Shown here: piece after piece, positions 15,927 through 20,000 of the stretch
Position numbering within the stretch: the stretch's first letter is position 1
How the letters are laid out: every line of letters starts with the position of its first letter
Source of the DNA: Actinomycetota bacterium
GTDB lineage: Bacteria > Actinomycetota > Acidimicrobiia > Spongiisociales > UBA4744
DNA: 20,000 bases
Assembly (NCBI GenBank): GCA_013152275.1
Contig: JAADGS010000040.1
Span: forward strand, 50,487-70,486
Direction of reading: 5' to 3'
Made by a program: the position numbers and the translations under genes
The notes under the pieces: generated by a model
Databases searched by the model: none
The model's input: the letters and a program-made list of their open reading frames with translations, nothing else
Told to the model about the DNA's origin: nothing

Positions 15927-16084
15927 CACGTGTGTTGCGGGAACCCCAGATCGGCTTCGCCGACAGCGTCGAACGGTGTCTGTGCGGACACCACTCCCGC
16001 GACCGGATCGCGCCTGTTCACCCGCCGTTCGGCTCACCCGATCACCCGCCTGTTGCTGATCCGGTGTTCGATGGGTTCCACGTG
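15927..16084 (-). other. Intergenic multi-branched secondary structure (candidate structured RNA or palindromic element)
   Basis: Nested complementary blocks 15940-46/16073-79, 15969-74/16066-71 and 16002-09/16058-65, plus side hairpins at 15951-63 and 15975-92. Confidence 0.5.
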
Positions 16085-16091
16085 CATCGCC

Positions 16092-17519
16092 TCAGATGAG
16101 CAACTGGTTCGTGCCGCGCTTGAGATACCGCCCGTCGCCCTTGGTTCCCACGTACCTGCCGCCTTTGACGATCACCTTGCCACGAGAAAGCACCTGGTCG
16201 ATCGTGGCGTTGATCTCCATGCCTTCGTAGCACGTGTAGTCGATGTTCCCGTGAATGGTGCCGGGCGCCGAGTACGTGAAGGATGTATGGGGGTCGTACA
16301 CGACGATGTCGGCGTCCGACCCGACGGCGATCGTCCCCTTGCGTGGATACATCCCGAACATCTTGGCCGGCGTGGTGGCGACGAGGTCCACCCAACGATT
16401 GATGTCGAAGCGGCCCCCAACCACGCCGCTTTGGTACATCACGTTGAATCGCTCCTCGACGCCGGGGAGGCCGTTCGGGATGAGCGTGAAGTTGCCCTCC
16501 CCCAACCGCTTCTGACGACCCAACGTCTCGTCGTCGTCGTAGAAGAAACAGGCGTGGTCGGTGGACACGACCTGGAGGTCTCCACGGGCAAGGGCGTTCC
16601 ACAGGTACTCCTGATGACCCTCCTCCTTGAAGCGGATGGGCGGCGAGCAGACGTACTTGGCGCCCTCGAAACCGGGCAGGGAGACATGATCTTCGACGGA
16701 CAGGTGGAGATACTGCGGACACGTCTCCCCAAACACGTTGAGACCGAGATCTCGAGCCTTCGTGAGCTCGGCGACCCCCTCCTTACAGGACATGTGGACG
16801 ACGTAGAGAGGCGCACCGGCCAATTCCGCCAGGGCGATGGCACGATGCACCGCCTCGGACTCGGTCGCGGGTGGGCGTGTGATGGAATGGTATTTGGGGT
16901 CGGTCTCGCCCCGTTCGAGAGCCTGCTCCCTCAGCACATCGATGGCAATGCCGTTCTCGGCATGCATCATGATCGTCGTGCCGTCCCTGGCGGCCCGTTG
17001 CATCGCGCGGAAGATCTCCCCGTCGTCGGAGTAGAGGACGCCGGGGTACGCCATGAACAGCTTGAAGCTGGTGACGCCTTCGTTGACGATCGCCCCCATC
17101 TCCTCGAGGGAGACATCGTTGATGTCGCCGACGATCATGTGGAATCCGTAGTCGATGGCGCAGTTCCCTTCGGCTTTCTGCATCCACTTCTCGAAGCCGT
17201 CTCTGACCGACTCGCCCTTGACCTGAACGGCGAAGTCCACGACGGTGGTCGTGCCTCCGAACGCGGCCGCGCGAGTACCGGTTTCGAAGTTGTCGGACAC
17301 GTAGGTCCCACCGAAGGGAAGCTCGAAATGCGTGTGGACGTCGACACCCCCCGGCACGACATACTTGCCCGAGGCGTCGATCACCGTATCAACGCCCTCC
17401 TGCCAGTGATGCCTCCCCGGCGCGGCCATCGCGACGACCTTTTCGTCCTCGATGAGCACGTCCGCCGGGATCGTCTCGGTCGAGGTGACGACCGTGCCGT
17501 TGATGATGGCGATTCTCAT
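16092..17519 (-). CDS. hydA: Dihydropyrimidinase (D-hydantoinase)
   Basis: PGGVDVHTH, GGTTT, SFKLFMAY (carbamylated Lys), HAENG, VVHMS, GETCPQYL, STDH and IPNGLPGVE. Confidence 0.96.
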   Translation of the reverse strand: MRIAIINGTVVTSTETIPADVLIEDEKVVAMAAPGRHHWQEGVDTVIDASGKYVVPGGVDVHTHFELPFGGTYVSDNFETGTRAAAFGGTTTVVDFAVQVKGESVRDGFEKWMQKAEGNCAIDYGFHMIVGDINDVSLEEMGAIVNEGVTSFKLFMAYPGVLYSDDGEIFRAMQRAARDGTTIMMHAENGIAIDVLREQALERGETDPKYHSITRPPATESEAVHRAIALAELAGAPLYVVHMSCKEGVAELTKARDLGLNVFGETCPQYLHLSVEDHVSLPGFEGAKYVCSPPIRFKEEGHQEYLWNALARGDLQVVSTDHACFFYDDDETLGRQKRLGEGNFTLIPNGLPGVEERFNVMYQSGVVGGRFDINRWVDLVATTPAKMFGMYPRKGTIAVGSDADIVVYDPHTSFTYSAPGTIHGNIDYTCYEGMEINATIDQVLSRGKVIVKGGRYVGTKGDGRYLKRGTNQLLI

Positions 17520-18832
17520 CAGTTGTCTCCTCTCTCGAAGAGGGATGCGGTCGTGGCAACCGCGTCGCTCAGTACGTCAAAGCCCTCGTCGGCCTCCTCC
17601 TCTGTCAAGGAGAGAGGCGGCGCGATACGCAGGACGTTGCCGAACAGGCCGCCCTTGCCGATCAGCAGGCCTCCTGCCCGAGCTTCCTCCATGATGTGTG
17701 ATGCTGCCCCCGGGTGTGGATCCGTCCCGCCGGGACGAACGAGTTCCACGCCGATCATGAGGCCCTTCCCCCGTACCTCGCCGATGATCTCGTAGCCGTC
17801 GGCCAGGTGATCGATACGGGACCGCAGATGTTGGCCCACCTTCAGGGCGTTGGTCTGCAAGTCATGTTCCAACAGGTAGTTCAGGTTGGCCAGCGCCCCC
17901 GTCGTGGCGAGCGGGTTCCCCCCGAACGTCGAAATCGAGTTGGCATTCAGACAGTCCATGATCTCGGCTCGCGCGATCACTCCGCCGATGGCCAGCCCGT
18001 TTCCGACGCCCTTCGCGAAGGTGATCATGTCGGGAATGATGCCGTGTGCCTGGTAGCCCCAGAAGTTCTCGCCGGTCCGCCCCCATCCTGTCTGGACCTC
18101 GTCGGAGATGAAGAGAATCCCGTGCCGGTCCAGTTCGTCCTTCATCGCTCCGAAGAACCCATCCGGTGGCGTGACAAAACCGCCCACACCCTGGATCGGC
18201 TCGGCGATCATGCATGCCACATCCCCGGAGGTGGCAACGTTCAGCAGATCGCGCAGGTCGGCCACGCAGGCGGCAGTGAACGCTTCGTCCGGAAGGTGAC
18301 CGAAGGGGCTTCGATACCGATAGCCGCTGTGCACGTACGTCACGTTGAGAGGACCGAGGCTGGTCGGCGACCAGGACCGGTTGCCGGTGAGTGAAACGGC
18401 CGCGAACGAGCGGCCGTGATAACTGTTGCGGAGCGCCAGCACCTCGTTGGAGCGTCGGTAGGTGGTGGCCAGCAGCATGGCCGTGTCGTTGGCTTCGGTC
18501 CCCGAGTTCGTGAAGAAGACCTTGGCGTCGGGAATCCCCGACAGCTCGGCCAGCTTCTCGGCCAACTCGATCTGAGGCTCGATGAGGTAGAGCGTCGACG
18601 TGTGCAGGATGCGTCCCGCCTGCTCCCGGATCGCCTCGACCACCTCCGGCACGTTGTGGCCGGTCATGGTCGTGAGGATGCCGCCGAAGAAGTCGAGGTA
18701 TTCCTTGCCTTCGGCGTCCCATACCCGCCGGCCTTGTCCCCTCACCAGAGCGATGGGCTGCTCGTAGTAGAGGGCCAGCCAGGATGGGAGCACCCGGTTG
18801 TGTCGTGCATGGAGTTCTCGTTGCGTGCCCAT
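17519..18832 (-). CDS. Class-III PLP aminotransferase (beta-alanine/AGXT2-like)
   Basis: YLDFFGGI, NSGTEAND, SYHG, AEPIQGVGG, ISDEVQTGWGRTG, TFAKG (PLP Lys) and STFGGNP. Start ATG 18832 after GAGAGGA; TGATG overlap with hydA. Confidence 0.92.
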   Translation of the reverse strand: MGTQRELHARHNRVLPSWLALYYEQPIALVRGQGRRVWDAEGKEYLDFFGGILTTMTGHNVPEVVEAIREQAGRILHTSTLYLIEPQIELAEKLAELSGIPDAKVFFTNSGTEANDTAMLLATTYRRSNEVLALRNSYHGRSFAAVSLTGNRSWSPTSLGPLNVTYVHSGYRYRSPFGHLPDEAFTAACVADLRDLLNVATSGDVACMIAEPIQGVGGFVTPPDGFFGAMKDELDRHGILFISDEVQTGWGRTGENFWGYQAHGIIPDMITFAKGVGNGLAIGGVIARAEIMDCLNANSISTFGGNPLATTGALANLNYLLEHDLQTNALKVGQHLRSRIDHLADGYEIIGEVRGKGLMIGVELVRPGGTDPHPGAASHIMEEARAGGLLIGKGGLFGNVLRIAPPLSLTEEEADEGFDVLSDAVATTASLFERGDN

Positions 18833-18848
18833 GGGTCCTCTCGATCGG

Positions 18849-19691
18849 CTAGGGAGTGACGAGATCCTGGTAGGCGTCGGGTCGTCGGTCACGGTAGAAC
18901 GCCCACTGTTTGCGAACTTCCTCGATCAGGTCGAGATCGAGGTCCCGGACCACCAGCTCCTCGTCCGTATCCGATGCGGCGCCGTCGACCACCTGACCGC
19001 GGGGATTCACGAAGTAGGAGGATCCGTAGAAATCGTTGTCTCCGAAGGGTTCCTTGCCGATCCGGTTGATGGCACCGATGAAGTACTCGTTGGCGACGGC
19101 GGCCGCCGGCTGTTCGAGGTTCCAGAGGTACATGGATAGGCCGCGACTCGTCGCCGACGGGTTGAAGATGATCTTGGCGCCCTTGAGGCCGAGAGCCCGC
19201 CACCCCTCGGGGAAATGCCGGTCGTAGCAGATGTAGACGCCGATCCGACCGACGTTGGTGTCGAAGACCGGATAGCCGAGGTTCCCGGGTCGGAAGTAGT
19301 ACTTCTCCCAGAACCCGGCGACCTGGGGAATGTGGGTCTTGCGGTACTTGCCCAGGAAGGAGCCGTCGGCGTCGAGGACTGCGGCGGTGTTGTAGTAGAA
19401 CCCGTCGTCCTCTTTCTCGAAGATGGGGACGACGAGCACCATCCCGGTCTCCTTCGCCACCTTCTGCATGCGTCGGATCGTGGGTCCGTCGGGGATCGGC
19501 TCGGCGTATTCGAAGTGTTCGTCCTCCTGTACCTGGCAGAAGTAGGGGCCGTAGAAGAGCTCCTGGAAGCACATCACCTGGGCGCCCTGCTCGGCCGCCT
19601 GGCGCGCGTAGCCCACGTTCTTCTCGATCATCGAGTCTTTGTCGCCCGTCCACTCGGTCTGGACGATGGCTGCTCGCACCACGTTGGCCAT
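18849..19691 (-). CDS. Nitrilase-family carbon-nitrogen hydrolase, probable beta-ureidopropionase
   Basis: E-K-C triad in FQELF, YRKTHIP and ICYDRHFPE. Strong RBS GAGGAGGAG before ATG 19691; in an operon with hydA. Confidence 0.92.
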   Translation of the reverse strand: MANVVRAAIVQTEWTGDKDSMIEKNVGYARQAAEQGAQVMCFQELFYGPYFCQVQEDEHFEYAEPIPDGPTIRRMQKVAKETGMVLVVPIFEKEDDGFYYNTAAVLDADGSFLGKYRKTHIPQVAGFWEKYYFRPGNLGYPVFDTNVGRIGVYICYDRHFPEGWRALGLKGAKIIFNPSATSRGLSMYLWNLEQPAAAVANEYFIGAINRIGKEPFGDNDFYGSSYFVNPRGQVVDGAASDTDEELVVRDLDLDLIEEVRKQWAFYRDRRPDAYQDLVTP

Positions 19692-19790
19692 GACTCTCCT
19701 CCTCTGGAACGGTTCCGGAAACACCAGAGCGCCCCTGATTCTCGTCGTTTGGGCGGCGTATGCTCCGTAGCGAAATCACGCCACCAACCA

Positions 19791-19804
19791 ACCCTACAAC
19801 CCTA
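19791..19804 (-). promoter_or_regulatory. Tandem putative -10 boxes (TAGGGT x2) for the pyrimidine catabolic operon
   Basis: The minus strand reads GTAGGGTT-GTAGGGTT about 100 nt upstream of the nitrilase ATG. Confidence 0.4.
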
Positions 19805-20000
19805 CTCCAGCCTCCCGACGCGGTCGGGATCGATGCCGGGACGGGCGCCGGGCATCGACGGCCGGGCTGAGCCCTCGGCGGGGTGGCCGCCCGGGACGCC
19901 GGCTGCGACGAAGACGAGCACTCGGCCGGGTCGGGTCAGTCGTCCAATGCGTCGAGGAGATCACGCATCGTCTGTCGGTATGTGGTGAGCGCGGCCCTTC

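Noticed and set aside
16011..16054. Short direct repeats as a CRISPR array
   Set aside because: Repeats are only 7-8 nt and irregularly spaced, and no cas genes are present.
15777..17795. 672-aa plus-strand ORF
   Set aside because: Antisense shadow of hydA, typical of high-GC codon bias; no recognisable motifs.
19805..20000. Possible gene or RNA at the window end (hairpin near 19831-19857)
   Set aside because: No convincing ORF or family motif; GC-rich hairpins are expected by chance and the context is truncated.

Overview
High-GC bacterial genomic window (gene content and TANNNT/leaderless promoters suggest Actinomycetota, possibly Acidimicrobiia; this is inference). It holds about 18 genes: a truncated SLC12-like cation-chloride cotransporter, an FAD/DAO-family oxidoreductase, a lipoprotein, a divergent alanine dehydrogenase coupled to an acyl-CoA transferase, lutABC, a DUF885 protein, a three-gene ABC-2 exporter and a reductive pyrimidine-catabolism operon (beta-ureidopropionase-like nitrilase, class-III aminotransferase, hydA, F420-type LLM oxidoreductase). 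The most notable element is a translationally coupled operon at 9901-12259: TetR, a SAM methyltransferase and a fused HgcAB-like protein (corrinoid domain with NVWCAAGG cap helix, about 4 TM helices, dicluster ferredoxin). It looks like a regulated cobalamin/SAM methyl-transfer system related to, but probably distinct from, mercury methylation. Non-coding signals include two copies of a 53-bp REP-like palindrome, a multi-branched ~160-nt structure between hydA and the LLM gene, and a double palindrome between two divergent genes. No tools were run; all calls come from reading the sequence and the ORF track.
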